Made by a program: the position numbers and the translations under genes | Notes under the pieces: model-generated | What the model saw: the letters and a program-made list of their open reading frames with translations, nothing else | The model's database searches: none | What the model was told of the DNA's origin: nothing | Shown: positions 19,097 to 29,461 of the stretch, piece after piece | How positions within the stretch are numbered: the first letter of the stretch is position 1 | Layout of the letters: each line of letters opens with the position of its first letter | From: Minisyncoccia bacterium | Lineage (GTDB): Bacteria; Patescibacteriota; Minisyncoccia; Phycocordibacterales; SBAW01 | DNA: 64,000 bases | Assembly (NCBI GenBank): GCA_049997855.1 | Contig: JBEKSG010000003.1 | Location: forward strand, 4,154-68,153 | Direction: 5' to 3'

Positions 19097-20473
19097 ATGA
19101 AAAGTATTTTAGAAAAAACTGCCGAGGAGCCCGCCGTACTTTTGGAGGAGAGCGTCGAGGAGGCGACCTGGCTCGAAAAAAAGTTCATCGGCAAGCGCCC
19201 CTTTAAGCGCGCCGAGGAATATTGGGAGACGCTCGGCCCCGGGCTCATCACCGGCGCCTCCGACGACGACCCCTCCGGCATCGCCACCTACTCGCAAACG
19301 GGCGCGCAATACGGATTTCAGCTTTTGTGGCTCGCCGCGTTTACGTTTCCTCTCATGGCAATCGTGCAGGAAATGTGTGCGCGCATCGGCGTTGTTACCG
19401 GCAGAGGTCTTGCCGCAAACATACGGCGCCATTACTCGCGGCCGGTGTTGTACGCAATCACTGTGCTCCTGTTTGCCGCCAACACGTTTAACATCGGCGC
19501 CGACTTGGGCGCCATGGCGCAAGGCACGCGCTTGCTTGACCCAAACCTCAGCGTTCCTCTGCTCATCATATTGTTTGCGTGCGCCAGTTTGCTGCTCCAA
19601 ATTTTTACCACCTACGCGCGCTATGCAAAATATCTCAAGTATCTTGCGCTCGTGCTGTTTGCCTACGTGTTTTCCGCATTGCTCAGCCATCTCGATTGGC
19701 ACGCAGTCGCGTTTCATTCGCTCATACCGTCTTTGAGTTTTACCAAAAGCCAAATATATCTCGTGTGCGGCATACTCGGCACCACCATCTCGCCCTATTT
19801 GTTTTTTTGGCAGACTTCGCAAGAAGTTGAGGAGGAAAATCTCCGCAACGGCAACAACCACGCCGAAAGCCCAGAGCTTCACCAACATCCGGCGAAAAAA
19901 GGTCTGCGACGCTTGAGGATAGATGTGTGGTCGGGCATGTTTTTTTCCAACGCGGCGATGTTTTTTATCATCGCCGCCTGCGCGGGGACGCTCTTTGTGC
20001 ACGGCATAACCAACATCACGACGGCTGCCGATGCGGCGGCCGCTCTGCGGCCACTCGCGGGCGACGGCGCATACTTCCTTTTTGCTATCGGCATCATCGG
20101 GACAGGCTTGCTTGCGATACCGGTCTTGGCGGGTTCAACCTCCTACGCCATTTCCGAAAGCTTTGGCTGGAAGCACGGCCTCTATCGCAAACTTAAAGAG
20201 GCGTACGCGTTTTACGGCGTGATCATCATCTCGATGCTGTGCGGTATTGTCCTCAACTTTATCGGCCTCGATCCTATCAAAGCACTTATCTATTCTGCGG
20301 TTGGGAACGGCCTGGTGGCGCCGGTGGTGCTCGTGCTTATCGTCCGCATTAGTGGCAACAAGCACATCATGGAAAACTACGTTAATAATCCGGTCATCAT
20401 CTGGCTTGGATGGTTGGCAACAGGGATCATGGCATTAGCGGGCGTGGCAACTATCGTATCGCTGTTTTTCTAG
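19097..20473 (+). CDS. mntH: NRAMP-family divalent metal (Mn2+/Fe2+) transporter
   Basis: NRAMP signatures (GPGLITGASDDDPSGIATYSQTGAQYGF) and about 11 TM helices; the start is placed at MKSILEK, downstream of a palindromic hairpin. Confidence 0.85.
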   Translation: MKSILEKTAEEPAVLLEESVEEATWLEKKFIGKRPFKRAEEYWETLGPGLITGASDDDPSGIATYSQTGAQYGFQLLWLAAFTFPLMAIVQEMCARIGVVTGRGLAANIRRHYSRPVLYAITVLLFAANTFNIGADLGAMAQGTRLLDPNLSVPLLIILFACASLLLQIFTTYARYAKYLKYLALVLFAYVFSALLSHLDWHAVAFHSLIPSLSFTKSQIYLVCGILGTTISPYLFFWQTSQEVEEENLRNGNNHAESPELHQHPAKKGLRRLRIDVWSGMFFSNAAMFFIIAACAGTLFVHGITNITTAADAAAALRPLAGDGAYFLFAIGIIGTGLLAIPVLAGSTSYAISESFGWKHGLYRKLKEAYAFYGVIIISMLCGIVLNFIGLDPIKALIYSAVGNGLVAPVVLVLIVRISGNKHIMENYVNNPVIIWLGWLATGIMALAGVATIVSLFF

Positions 20474-20503
20474 ACATCGCACGTAGATATCCGTTGTATA
20501 CTA

Positions 20504-20983
20504 TTGGTAATGCCGCAAACGGAGGGACATAACATCTCCTGGGACGTGGTGACGCACGTACACAAAGAGCGCAGCAACGATTGGTATTGGGCGCTCGGTC
20601 TTGTTGCGTTTGTGGGCGCCGCACTCTCTTTCTGGCTTGGAGACATTCTTTTTTCAATCATCATTATTATTGGTGCCGGCTCACTCGGCGTGCTTGCGGC
20701 CCGCGGGCCGCGTGAGCATGGCGTGCATATAAGCGACAAAGGCGTCGCGATAGACGGCACGTTGTACGACTATCGCTCGATCAAATCGTTTTGGGTCGAC
20801 AAAAATCCCGATCGACCGCGGCTGTATCTCATGACGCACGGCATCGTGGCGCCGCACATTACCCTGCCGCTTGAGAGCGTCTCTCAGGCCGACCAGGTGC
20901 GCTCGTTTTTGCGCAGCAAAGTTGAGGAGGTTGAACAAGAGCCGCATTTTGGCGAGCACTTCTTAGAGCTCATCGGGTTGTAA
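20504..20983 (+). CDS. hypothetical membrane protein
   Basis: 159 aa with two TM helices and a soluble C-terminal domain. Confidence 0.3.
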   Translation: MVMPQTEGHNISWDVVTHVHKERSNDWYWALGLVAFVGAALSFWLGDILFSIIIIIGAGSLGVLAARGPREHGVHISDKGVAIDGTLYDYRSIKSFWVDKNPDRPRLYLMTHGIVAPHITLPLESVSQADQVRSFLRSKVEEVEQEPHFGEHFLELIGL

Positions 20984-21025
20984 CAAGCTTTACTAAAAAC
21001 GTTTTTTAACGTATTTTAGTTGGAC

Positions 21026-21097
21026 GCTCCCGTCGTTCAATGGATAGGACGTATCCTTGCGGAGGATATGATGTAGGTTCGATTCCTACCGGGAGCA
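21026..21097 (+). tRNA. tRNA-Arg (anticodon GCG)
   Basis: Hand-folded 72 nt cloverleaf with anticodon loop TTGCGGA; its 3' end abuts the stop codon of the serine recombinase. Confidence 0.7.
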
Positions 21098-22669
21098 CAC
21101 TATAGGATTTTTGGAGTAGATTTCTTCAAAATCTGTTTGTTTCATTGTGTTTCTTACAGGTTCTAACCGTTCGTGAATACCTTGCACTTCGTGTGCTAGT
21201 GATTTCATAGGCAAGAGCGTTTTTTCCGTGTCCATAAAGAGTTCCTGGAGACTAAGCACGAGGTTCGAGCCGAGTGCGAGTAGGATGGCTTTTTGCTGGT
21301 TTTTCGGGCCTTTCTCAAACCTGTCTTTGGCTTGGGTCACAAACTCAAAGGCGCTTTGCATGTTGTCGGCCCAACTCGTGATACGCCCATCCATGTCGTT
21401 GAGTAGATCGTTGAGTCGCACTTTTTCTTTGAGGGCGGCGTCCTTCTTCTCGCGGTATTCTTCCTCGGTTAACTCTTCCCGGGCCCGCATCTCAAGATAC
21501 CGGTCTAATTTTCTTACGGTGTCATCGTATGCTTTGCGTTGCAAAAAAAGAGTAGCATCGCGTGTACGCGCTTCTTTCGTATTTTCCTGTTCGATCCATT
21601 TCATTGCCCATTGATGAAACTCATCGGGTATTTCCAGCTCATTGAGCCGTTTCAATCCCTGGTTGATGATATCTTTTTCTTTAACAGACTTCTGGCTGCA
21701 TTTCATTTGGCTACGTTTTGAACAATGGTAGTAAGTGTAGCGGTGCACGTTGCCATTTTTTTGCGTCTTGATCTTTTCCTCCGCTGTTATTGCCATGCCA
21801 CACTCTGCACAACTCATGGTGCCTGTAAAAGCAAAAGTGCGAGTTTTGGGCCGGGGCCGGCCTTTTCTACCGAGTAGCACTTGTACCTTGTCATACTCCT
21901 CCATCGTTATCATCGGCTCGTGTGCCCCTTGATACCACTCTCCACCCCACTTAAATGCCCCGTAGTAGAACGGATTGGCAAACATGTGATATACATTGCT
22001 CAGAGAGAGCTTTAACCCGCTTCTAACACGTAAACCCCACTGCTCGGTGGCCATTTCGTGTATTTGATGAGGTCTATATGCCCCGGTGAGCATCATGTCC
22101 CACATTTTGCGCACTAGGTCGTAACGCTCTGGATCTTTGTAGATATCGTTACTGCCTTTGCTTTTTATTTTACTGTTGAGGTAGCCGAGAGGAGGTTGCA
22201 CGGGGTACCAGCCCATCTCCGCTTTCTTTTTCATCCCACGGGTTACATTGACCGACAAGTCGCGCGAATACTGGTTGGCTACGCCAAGCTCCAGACTCAT
22301 CAAGAGCACGTTATCTTGGGGATAATAACTTTTATCAAAAACACGGATGTGTTGGATAACGCCTGTTTGGAGCATTTGGATTATGCCACCACCGTCGATA
22401 AAGTTGCGGGCAAGGCGGTCAAGTTTCCAACACAAGATACCCTGCGCCTCTCCCTTTGAGATACGCTCCAACATTTTGGCGAATATGGGGCGGCCGAGCG
22501 TCTTTGCTGAGCGGGACTCTTGAAGCACATCAATTATGGTCAGCCCTTCCTGGTCGGCAATTCTTTTTAGCTCATCAATTTGGGACTCGATTGAAAGAAC
22601 TTGCCGATCTTCCGACTCGGTAGATTTGCGGGCATACAAGATATATTTTATTTTCGTTTCCTTTTTCAT
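21086..22669 (-). CDS. large serine recombinase (resolvase/invertase domain + recombinase domain + zinc ribbon)
   Basis: N-terminal catalytic motif (YARKSTESEDRQ), a recombinase domain, a CAEC...YYHCSKR zinc ribbon and a C-terminal coiled coil; the start is placed at MKKETKIKY. Confidence 0.85.
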   Translation of the reverse strand: MKKETKIKYILYARKSTESEDRQVLSIESQIDELKRIADQEGLTIIDVLQESRSAKTLGRPIFAKMLERISKGEAQGILCWKLDRLARNFIDGGGIIQMLQTGVIQHIRVFDKSYYPQDNVLLMSLELGVANQYSRDLSVNVTRGMKKKAEMGWYPVQPPLGYLNSKIKSKGSNDIYKDPERYDLVRKMWDMMLTGAYRPHQIHEMATEQWGLRVRSGLKLSLSNVYHMFANPFYYGAFKWGGEWYQGAHEPMITMEEYDKVQVLLGRKGRPRPKTRTFAFTGTMSCAECGMAITAEEKIKTQKNGNVHRYTYYHCSKRSQMKCSQKSVKEKDIINQGLKRLNELEIPDEFHQWAMKWIEQENTKEARTRDATLFLQRKAYDDTVRKLDRYLEMRAREELTEEEYREKKDAALKEKVRLNDLLNDMDGRITSWADNMQSAFEFVTQAKDRFEKGPKNQQKAILLALGSNLVLSLQELFMDTEKTLLPMKSLAHEVQGIHERLEPVRNTMKQTDFEEIYSKNPIVCSR

Positions 22670-23034
22670 AGTAGTTTCGACGTCGAAACGCCGAACGGGC
22701 ACCCTTGTGTTGACCCACGCTTGCTCACGAGGTGAGTAGTTTGCGGCAAGGATGCCCGTACGGCCCACAAAAGGCACAAAAATGCCTCGTGAATACGAAC
22801 GCGGGTCAACATGGTAATTGTACTCCTCAAAGGATGAGTTGCAATTCGAGTTGCAATCCTATACCCCCTCGACTTCGGAGAAGTCGAGAAGTTAGTTTTA
22901 GTCTCCTTAACCATTCGTCTCATTAGTCTGGCCAATATGGCATCTATACTACTGGAGTATTTACCCACGACCTGCTGGAATTTTCTTCCAGTTGTACTGG
23001 AAATTTTAGCATTGTTAGTTTTAGTCATTATCAT
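22666..23034 (-). CDS. hypothetical basic protein (element-encoded)
   Basis: 122 aa ORF sharing ATGA start/stop overlap with the recombinase and overlapping the upstream gene, which suggests an operon. Confidence 0.25.
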   Translation of the reverse strand: MIMTKTNNAKISSTTGRKFQQVVGKYSSSIDAILARLMRRMVKETKTNFSTSPKSRGYRIATRIATHPLRSTITMLTRVRIHEAFLCLLWAVRASLPQTTHLVSKRGSTQGCPFGVSTSKLL

Positions 23035-23446
23035 TTTTGGGTTTTGTAAATGGATTGTTTGGATTTGGCTTTAATAGATCATCGTCGAAACTTCGATGCC
23101 AGAGAGCGTCGTCTTCATCGATATTTACGCGGTAGTAAAGACGGTAGTAGACTCTTTTGTTTTTATTATGGAATTTCTCCAGTGAACCTTTTTCTTGAAG
23201 ACGCCTTGTCATTTTAGATATGTAGTTTACGTCCTTTACGCCGAGCAAAGCGGCTATCCGTTCTCTACCAGGAAAAATTTCACTTGTGGCTTTGTACTGA
23301 AACCCGGCCAAAGTAATCCACAACGACTTTTCTTGCGGCGTTAGTGCATGGTCGACAAGAAATTTTCGTGGCACCATTACAAATTTTGCTCGGTCGGTTT
23401 TCGTGGACGCTAAAAAACTCCTATATGATGCCATTTTTCTCGACAT
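23021..23446 (-). CDS. winged-helix DNA-binding protein (possible replication/regulatory protein of element)
   Basis: 141 aa with a wHTH-like region (FVMVPRKFLVDHALTPQEKSLWITLAGF...GRERIAALLGV). Confidence 0.35.
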   Translation of the reverse strand: MSRKMASYRSFLASTKTDRAKFVMVPRKFLVDHALTPQEKSLWITLAGFQYKATSEIFPGRERIAALLGVKDVNYISKMTRRLQEKGSLEKFHNKNKRVYYRLYYRVNIDEDDALWHRSFDDDLLKPNPNNPFTKPKNDND

Positions 23447-23773
23447 GATTTTCTTTCAAGACCACTCTGTATAGATTCAGAAGATTTGCCGCGCGAAAAG
23501 CAACCTCCTCGTCAGAGAGTTCGACCCCATATATCTCTCGATATATCTCTCGATATTCTTTTAAGGCTTCTTCCGGCAACATAAATTTGCGCGGAGGGCA
23601 AAACAAAAGCCACTGAGAACGCGACGAAGCACCTCAGTGGCTTTTATTTCGTCGCGTATCAGATTTTTGTTGCTCTCCTACAAACTTGTGCTGACATCTC
23701 AGCGAACAAAGAAAAAACTGTTGTTCCCCAACGGGTTAGTGTTTCTTATTATGCTATTTGCAGCAGACATTTT

Positions 23774-24604
23774 TCAGTCTTTATCCCCTAAAGGGGTCTC
23801 GTACTCAAGTTCTTCATTGAAAGACATACCCGAACGTCGCAACTTTTCTTCTCGTAGTTCCGGCTCTGGTCTTAGCTGGAAGCGCGGTTTATATATGCCA
23901 CCTCTTGGGTCGCTCTTGTAAGAGGATATAGGGTCATCATCTAGCCCGAAAATTTCACGCAGGGCGTGGCCTAGATTCTTTTTTATTTGGTGTACTGCCG
24001 TGTTGTTCTTAAGTTTTAGTGCGTTTCGGATCCCTGTTACTGGAAGCCCGTCAGATAGCTGGAGTAAATTTGCAAACAGTCGGAGAAGTTTCCATTGAGC
24101 ATCAGGAGTTTTTGATGCTGTGGTGGCTTTGTAAAAGCCTAGCATGTCAGCATCATATTTGCCTATAAGTTTTTTTCTCACACTTATCTGGATACTCTGC
24201 GGGCCAACAAACGAAATGAGCACATCTCCCCATCTAAAATCTTTTGGGAGGCCCGGCAGGAGGGTGAATCTTTTGCCGGTTATCTTTTTCAGATAGTTTT
24301 CAATGTTAGCCAGTATTTTTTCTTTATCCCCCTTAACCTGTATGGGAGTGCCCCACATATTTTTGTGGAATGTAACACCCTTTATTGCAGGGATGTCTTT
24401 CCGTAAATTATTGATAGTCGTATACAGCCATTTATTGTCCGCATCATGATATAGATACATAGTGCGTTCGGAAATACCTATACTGAGCCACTTTCTACCG
24501 GGTACGGCGTTTGTTGGGCTTTCGTTTTTAAGGCAATACCGCAGTATCTTAACGGCAGCTATTGCTGCATCCTCGTCGCGCTTCATAGACAAAGTGTAAC
24601 GCAA
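23774..24604 (-). CDS. hypothetical protein (element-encoded)
   Basis: 276 aa AT-rich ORF with no recognisable family. Confidence 0.3.
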   Translation of the reverse strand: MRYTLSMKRDEDAAIAAVKILRYCLKNESPTNAVPGRKWLSIGISERTMYLYHDADNKWLYTTINNLRKDIPAIKGVTFHKNMWGTPIQVKGDKEKILANIENYLKKITGKRFTLLPGLPKDFRWGDVLISFVGPQSIQISVRKKLIGKYDADMLGFYKATTASKTPDAQWKLLRLFANLLQLSDGLPVTGIRNALKLKNNTAVHQIKKNLGHALREIFGLDDDPISSYKSDPRGGIYKPRFQLRPEPELREEKLRRSGMSFNEELEYETPLGDKD

Positions 24605-24850
24605 ATAGAAGGTTGCAACGACCTCCTAAGCGTTGTACTGTTTCTTTGTACAACTGAATAGTGCGAAGGACCTAACCCGTCAGTAATGGCGGCAAGGTCG
24701 AAAAGTCTCACACCTGAATACTAACCCCCGTGTTAGCGACTCAGGTGTGAGCCATACCCCGAAAGAGGCATGGGGCCGCAAGGCCTAAAGCTAGCGCGGG
24801 GCTTAGTGCGTTTTAACCCCGCCGCTGGATTATTTGATAACGCCAGTGGT

Positions 24851-25993
24851 ATGAAAAGACTCTCGATACCAATTTTTATTATCCTCAGTTTTCTAATTGT
24901 TTCTCCCGCGTTCGCTACCTCCGGTGCGTGCTCGTATCACAGCGGCGTAAACTGCACTCTCGGCCCTGCCACGAATGGTGACGCGATTTGCAATGATGGC
25001 ACCGATAGTGCGACTAGCTACTATCTAACGCAGGAGTGCCAAGTAAACATCTGCGCACCGCAATTTGCCAGTACCACCTACCAGGCTTATGTAACCTCCA
25101 ACGCGTCTTGGCGCAGCAGTTTGAACACAATAATTAGCAGTCTCATCAGCTCCCTGCAAAGCGTGGTCGCGAGTGATCAAGATAGTGAGAAAGTAGCAGT
25201 CGCGGCACTCACACAGTCTTACAACGAGGCTATACAGCAGATTCAACAAGATGAAGATGCGGCAGAAGCAGAGTCTTGTGTCTCAGGCTGTCTTGGAGGT
25301 AATGCTTCTGCTGCACAGTCCGTTCAAAGTACCTATCAAGGCTACATAGCTGAAGCCACAGCCTCGTACAATGCGGCGGTAGCACAAGCGGAAGCGGGTG
25401 ATAATGCATCAGTTGTTCAAGCTTGCATCAATCTTTGGACAAGCACCCAGACTAAAATGACCACGGCCGAGTCATATTGCACCAACACCTACGGACCAAA
25501 CAGCGCACCGCTTCCTAGCAATTTACTTTCGTGTGCTTGCGGTAGTGGGGACACCCTCCAAAACGGTGAGTGCGTTAGCTATTTAAATGCTTGCCAGGAC
25601 ATTTATGGCCAGAGCGCTTTCGCAAACAACGACGGGTCTTGCGCTTGCCCGATAGGATTTAACCCCGACGCTACAAATCACACCTGTGATTATGTAGGAC
25701 AAACTGCTACGCCATCTACTCCTGCACCGGTAGCAATGCTCACGCCTGCTCCTGCGTCCGTCTCAGTCGCTCCAGTATCTCAACCTATCAGGAACACTAC
25801 AGCCAGCATTGCAGTCAAGCCAGAGCGAACAATAGAGCCTGCGAACAACACAGCGTTTCGGGTCCCAACGACCACTGCGGCTTCAAGCGTTCCTCCAGTA
25901 ATAAGTGACAACGCACAATCCCGGGCTTCTGTTTGGCAAACAATAGGCGGCTGGCTTTTGAAGCTCAATCCGTTTTCGTGGTTCACTCACTAA
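24851..25993 (+). CDS. secreted Cys-rich protein
   Basis: Signal peptide MKRLSIPIFIILSFLIVSPAFA, many Cys-containing segments and a Pro/Thr/Ala-rich C-terminal region. Confidence 0.4.
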   Translation: MKRLSIPIFIILSFLIVSPAFATSGACSYHSGVNCTLGPATNGDAICNDGTDSATSYYLTQECQVNICAPQFASTTYQAYVTSNASWRSSLNTIISSLISSLQSVVASDQDSEKVAVAALTQSYNEAIQQIQQDEDAAEAESCVSGCLGGNASAAQSVQSTYQGYIAEATASYNAAVAQAEAGDNASVVQACINLWTSTQTKMTTAESYCTNTYGPNSAPLPSNLLSCACGSGDTLQNGECVSYLNACQDIYGQSAFANNDGSCACPIGFNPDATNHTCDYVGQTATPSTPAPVAMLTPAPASVSVAPVSQPIRNTTASIAVKPERTIEPANNTAFRVPTTTAASSVPPVISDNAQSRASVWQTIGGWLLKLNPFSWFTH

Positions 25994-26002
25994 ATCAAAA
26001 CT

Positions 26003-26332
26003 ATGGAAACAATACTACTTTCATTTATTGCAGGGGCGCTGTCGGCGGCTGGTTTAGCATTTTTGTCTTCTGACGAAGACTATGCCGCTCTGATTCTTTT
26101 TTTTGGTGTTCCTATTTTAACCGTGGTATTCTTTTTTGCCTCCTTTTTCCTGTGGAGATATGAGTATGTAATGCTAGGTGCACTCAGCGGTTCCACAACG
26201 AGTATTTCGCAAGAAGGAGACGCTCGCATGTTCGGTAAGACGGTATATGTGTTGTATAACGGTCAGTGGATCATCCCTAACGGATATACAGCGACACAAT
26301 TGGAACAAGCAGGAGTACCAAAGAAACCTTAA
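26003..26332 (+). CDS. small membrane protein
   Basis: 109 aa with two TM helices. Confidence 0.3.
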   Translation: METILLSFIAGALSAAGLAFLSSDEDYAALILFFGVPILTVVFFFASFFLWRYEYVMLGALSGSTTSISQEGDARMFGKTVYVLYNGQWIIPNGYTATQLEQAGVPKKP

Positions 26333-26337
26333 TTTCT

Positions 26338-26643
26338 ATGGGTTATATTGCTCTATTAGGCCTGTTGGTTCCCATGATTGGCTATCTTCTGTACGGCCTT
26401 TGGGGCTTTGCTATTGGTTTTTTTGCACAGTGGTTCATTATAGAATTACTATTTGAGCGCGAGGCGTATCTTGAACTTTCTCGCAAGGACAATGCCCCAA
26501 AGGTATCTTTTGCGTGGACACTTTTTGGTCCGCCTTTCTTTCAACTTATTGCTTTGTATGGGGTATATACGTACTACGGAATTTTTGCCGTACTGGCGGT
26601 GGTGGGATTGATGTATCTGACCCATCTATACGTCATGTCCTAA
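26338..26643 (+). CDS. small membrane protein
   Basis: 101 aa with three TM helices. Confidence 0.3.
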   Translation: MGYIALLGLLVPMIGYLLYGLWGFAIGFFAQWFIIELLFEREAYLELSRKDNAPKVSFAWTLFGPPFFQLIALYGVYTYYGIFAVLAVVGLMYLTHLYVMS

Positions 26644-26680
26644 GTGACAGCGAGCATTTAAAACAAGCTACAATCATCCC

Positions 26681-27451
26681 ATGAGCCGCGACTCGCTTTT
26701 AATACTCTGTGCTACAGGAATTGCGCTCATACTGATTTGCGGCAGTTACTTTCTGTGGCACCAACAAAAAGAAATACAAGCCCTTACGCTTGAAGCGGCG
26801 GTGGCGGGCACAGGGGATGCCTCTTTGGTTGCAGAATGGACTCCGATAGTTGTCCAGGTCGATTGCAGTTGGAAAGACTCTTCGCAGGATGGCGGCGGTA
26901 GCGGTATCTTATTAAAGCGTTCAAATGGTAATTTTTATATCCTCACCAACGCTCACGTCGTTACTGATAACACAGGAAAGAGGATAGCTCAGTCGTGCGA
27001 CACCGTGTTCCCGGATGCGGTAAGCACCACCTATACGGTTGATCATAAGAACATAACGACCGACCCAAATGGTGCGGATGCATCACTACTACAACTTCCT
27101 GAGGACTCATATCTCACGGGGCTAGTATCTACCAATCAAAGGAAAATCTGCACTACACCTCCCGCCATCGGGGACGACATGCTTTTGCTTGGCTACCCGG
27201 ATGCAGGCTCAAGCAACGGCATCACGGTTACCGATGGTATCGTTGCCGGTGATGAGGGATACGATTACGTTTCGTCGGCAAAGATAGACGGTGGAGATTC
27301 GGGCGGCGCGGCTATCGACGTGAAAAACGACTGTTATTTTGGGATACCTTCTTACACGATTGATGGCGACTACACAAATCTGGCTAGAGTTCTGAAATGG
27401 GGCACAATGTTTATTGATGACCCCGGCAAGCTATCTGAGGCGAGGTTGTAA
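26681..27451 (+). CDS. secreted trypsin-like (S1 family) serine protease
   Basis: Signal anchor plus a catalytic triad context (TNAHVV ... DASLLQL ... GDSGGA). Confidence 0.65.
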   Translation: MSRDSLLILCATGIALILICGSYFLWHQQKEIQALTLEAAVAGTGDASLVAEWTPIVVQVDCSWKDSSQDGGGSGILLKRSNGNFYILTNAHVVTDNTGKRIAQSCDTVFPDAVSTTYTVDHKNITTDPNGADASLLQLPEDSYLTGLVSTNQRKICTTPPAIGDDMLLLGYPDAGSSNGITVTDGIVAGDEGYDYVSSAKIDGGDSGGAAIDVKNDCYFGIPSYTIDGDYTNLARVLKWGTMFIDDPGKLSEARL

Positions 27452-27742
27452 TATGCCCCACAAGGCTACATGCGCTGTTTAAGGCTTCAAATTCTGCACG
27501 ATAGGGCTCATGTCGCTCTAAGCGCTAAGAAACACCACCACACCCTTCAGAAGAGCCATATCTGCCTTATTCTGTACTGTATCTAAGCGCGTATATGCTA
27601 TTTCTTTATAGCTCTCCCTCTGATGTGGGTGGCCAAAAACGATAGGGACGGCACAAAAAGCCTTACGCCGTTTCGACGTCGAACATAACGATATGATAAA
27701 CGATATATTGTGAACGAAATGTGATAGTATTTTTACGCGTCT

Positions 27743-28219
27743 ATGACACAGTTTTCAATTGAAATAACAGCCAATGCAGTTGCGTGGTATGGGGCAATCG
27801 TGGCCACTATCGGCATTATTATTTCCCTTCTTAATTTCGGTTTAAATTTCTGGAAGGAACGCGTGCGTATAAAAATAAAGGTAACTCAAGGATTTCATAC
27901 GCTAGGAGGTCCAGTCAGCGAGATATGTCTTTTTGTTGAGGCCATGAATGTAGGTTGGAGACCTGCCACCCTTAATACAGCTGGTTTTGAGCTGGACGAC
28001 GGAAGCAATCTTATCCTCACTCGAACGGCTGGGGAACAGCTACCTTACGAGCTGCGAGAGGGTAAGTCCCACATGAGTTATGTTGAGAAAGAGAAAATAG
28101 TCGAAACTCTGAAGGAGTCCGGAAGAAAATTAACGTACGCATGGTATACGACTGCAACTGGGAAGATATATAAAACAAGGAAAAATGTTGCAGCGATTAT
28201 GCTGAAAAGCAAAAATTAG
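27743..28219 (+). CDS. hypothetical membrane-anchored protein
   Basis: 158 aa with an N-terminal TM helix. Confidence 0.3.
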   Translation: MTQFSIEITANAVAWYGAIVATIGIIISLLNFGLNFWKERVRIKIKVTQGFHTLGGPVSEICLFVEAMNVGWRPATLNTAGFELDDGSNLILTRTAGEQLPYELREGKSHMSYVEKEKIVETLKESGRKLTYAWYTTATGKIYKTRKNVAAIMLKSKN

Positions 28220-28926
28220 GAGAGGGGTGGAAATTCAAATTTATATAGATAGGAAAATATTTCGGTCTGATTGCCCTTTTTGTGTAGATCTAGGAGAAGT
28301 GCCCCGGGTATTTGCCCTTTGTTTTCAAGCACCAATGCCTTGAGGGAAAAATCACAGCCTATTTTTGGCGTTCCCATGCTGAAAAGGGCCTGCCAACCAT
28401 CGCCCTTGTTGGCAAGCGTTGCAGTCATCCAAGCCTCCATAATGGGCAACCCTTGTTTCTGAATCTCGGCATACTCCGCGTCCATATCTACGGCGATATC
28501 CTTCTTGGCATGGACCAAAAGAATAAAATGAAATGGGTAAGCCTTCCCCGCGAGTTTGTTTTTGACACGTTCGCTCAGAGTCTCTTTGCTGTGAGCCTCC
28601 CAATCGGTAACTTCGATAAAATATTGCACCGTCTGCTGGCCATCGGGGATATCAGGGTGCGGTTGGAATCGGTAAGCATAGACGTCCGGCACTTCATCGT
28701 AAGAAGGTGCGAGCCAGTACTTTTCGTTGCCCACCACTAGTTTACTTCGGCCCAATAGAAAAATTGCGGTCGCGTGCATTTCCCGCGCCTTCTGAAAACG
28801 TCTATCTGTCAGTACTAAGTCTTTTCCGTAGAACCTCACTGCTCCCTCAAAGCGCTCGATTACAACGTAAGGGGTAAGCAGTGGACTTTCGGGGAAAAGC
28901 AGTTTTTCAAATTTAGTTGCAGCCAT
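28216..28926 (-). CDS. hypothetical protein
   Basis: About 236 aa, start placed at MAATKFEK; unknown family. Confidence 0.3.
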   Translation of the reverse strand: MAATKFEKLLFPESPLLTPYVVIERFEGAVRFYGKDLVLTDRRFQKAREMHATAIFLLGRSKLVVGNEKYWLAPSYDEVPDVYAYRFQPHPDIPDGQQTVQYFIEVTDWEAHSKETLSERVKNKLAGKAYPFHFILLVHAKKDIAVDMDAEYAEIQKQGLPIMEAWMTATLANKGDGWQALFSMGTPKIGCDFSLKALVLENKGQIPGALLLDLHKKGNQTEIFSYLYKFEFPPLS

Positions 28927-28927
28927 A

Positions 28928-29461
28928 TTACCTGGTGCTATGAACACGGAAACCGCACGCACGGCAAATACCGTTGGTGTGCGAATAGTTGACGAAATAT
29001 TCAAATTTCTCTGCCTTACATACCGGACACATAACGCGCCCGCTCTTTTTTCCGGATTCTTCAATAGTTTTAAACACGCTCCGAACATTGAGCACGTACC
29101 CATTTATCTCATCCCTGTTGCCGAGATAACCTTTCACCCACAGATCGGTCGTGATCCGTCCGGCAGAAGTTTCTTTATACAAAATTTTTCCTTCATTCAG
29201 AAGTTTTTCCCAATACTGCCGTGAGTTACCATATGTTGCGGCAATATCTCGAGAGGACATCAGACGCGCATTAAAGGGAATATAGCCCTGGTGCTCCATG
29301 TGTTTGTATATCTCCTTCAGGCCTTCGGCAAGCAACGCCTCCTTTTGCTTTTTAGTGAGACCTCCTTCATAGCTCAGATCCATGCTCAACGTGCCTCCGC
29401 TGCTTGACGTGGCACTCCAATAAAATTTCAGTGGCGGTTCTTTCATGCGCCCAGTATACAC
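28928..29461 (-). CDS. putative HTH regulator with C-terminal zinc ribbon
   Basis: HTH-like segment (SSRDIAATYGNSRQYW) and C-terminal CPVC...CRAC. Confidence 0.35.
   Translation of the reverse strand: MYTGRMKEPPLKFYWSATSSSGGTLSMDLSYEGGLTKKQKEALLAEGLKEIYKHMEHQGYIPFNARLMSSRDIAATYGNSRQYWEKLLNEGKILYKETSAGRITTDLWVKGYLGNRDEINGYVLNVRSVFKTIEESGKKSGRVMCPVCKAEKFEYFVNYSHTNGICRACGFRVHSTR

Noticed and set aside
19109-20002. 297 aa minus-strand ORF
   Set aside because: It is antisense to the well-supported NRAMP gene and has an Arg/Gly-rich, junk-like composition.
21075-21100. The tRNA 3' end similarity (ccgggagcaca at 21087 and 29951) as bona fide att direct repeats
   Set aside because: Both are complete Arg isoacceptor genes whose acceptor and T arms would be similar anyway, so the repeat is not on its own diagnostic of integration. 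It is kept only as supporting context.
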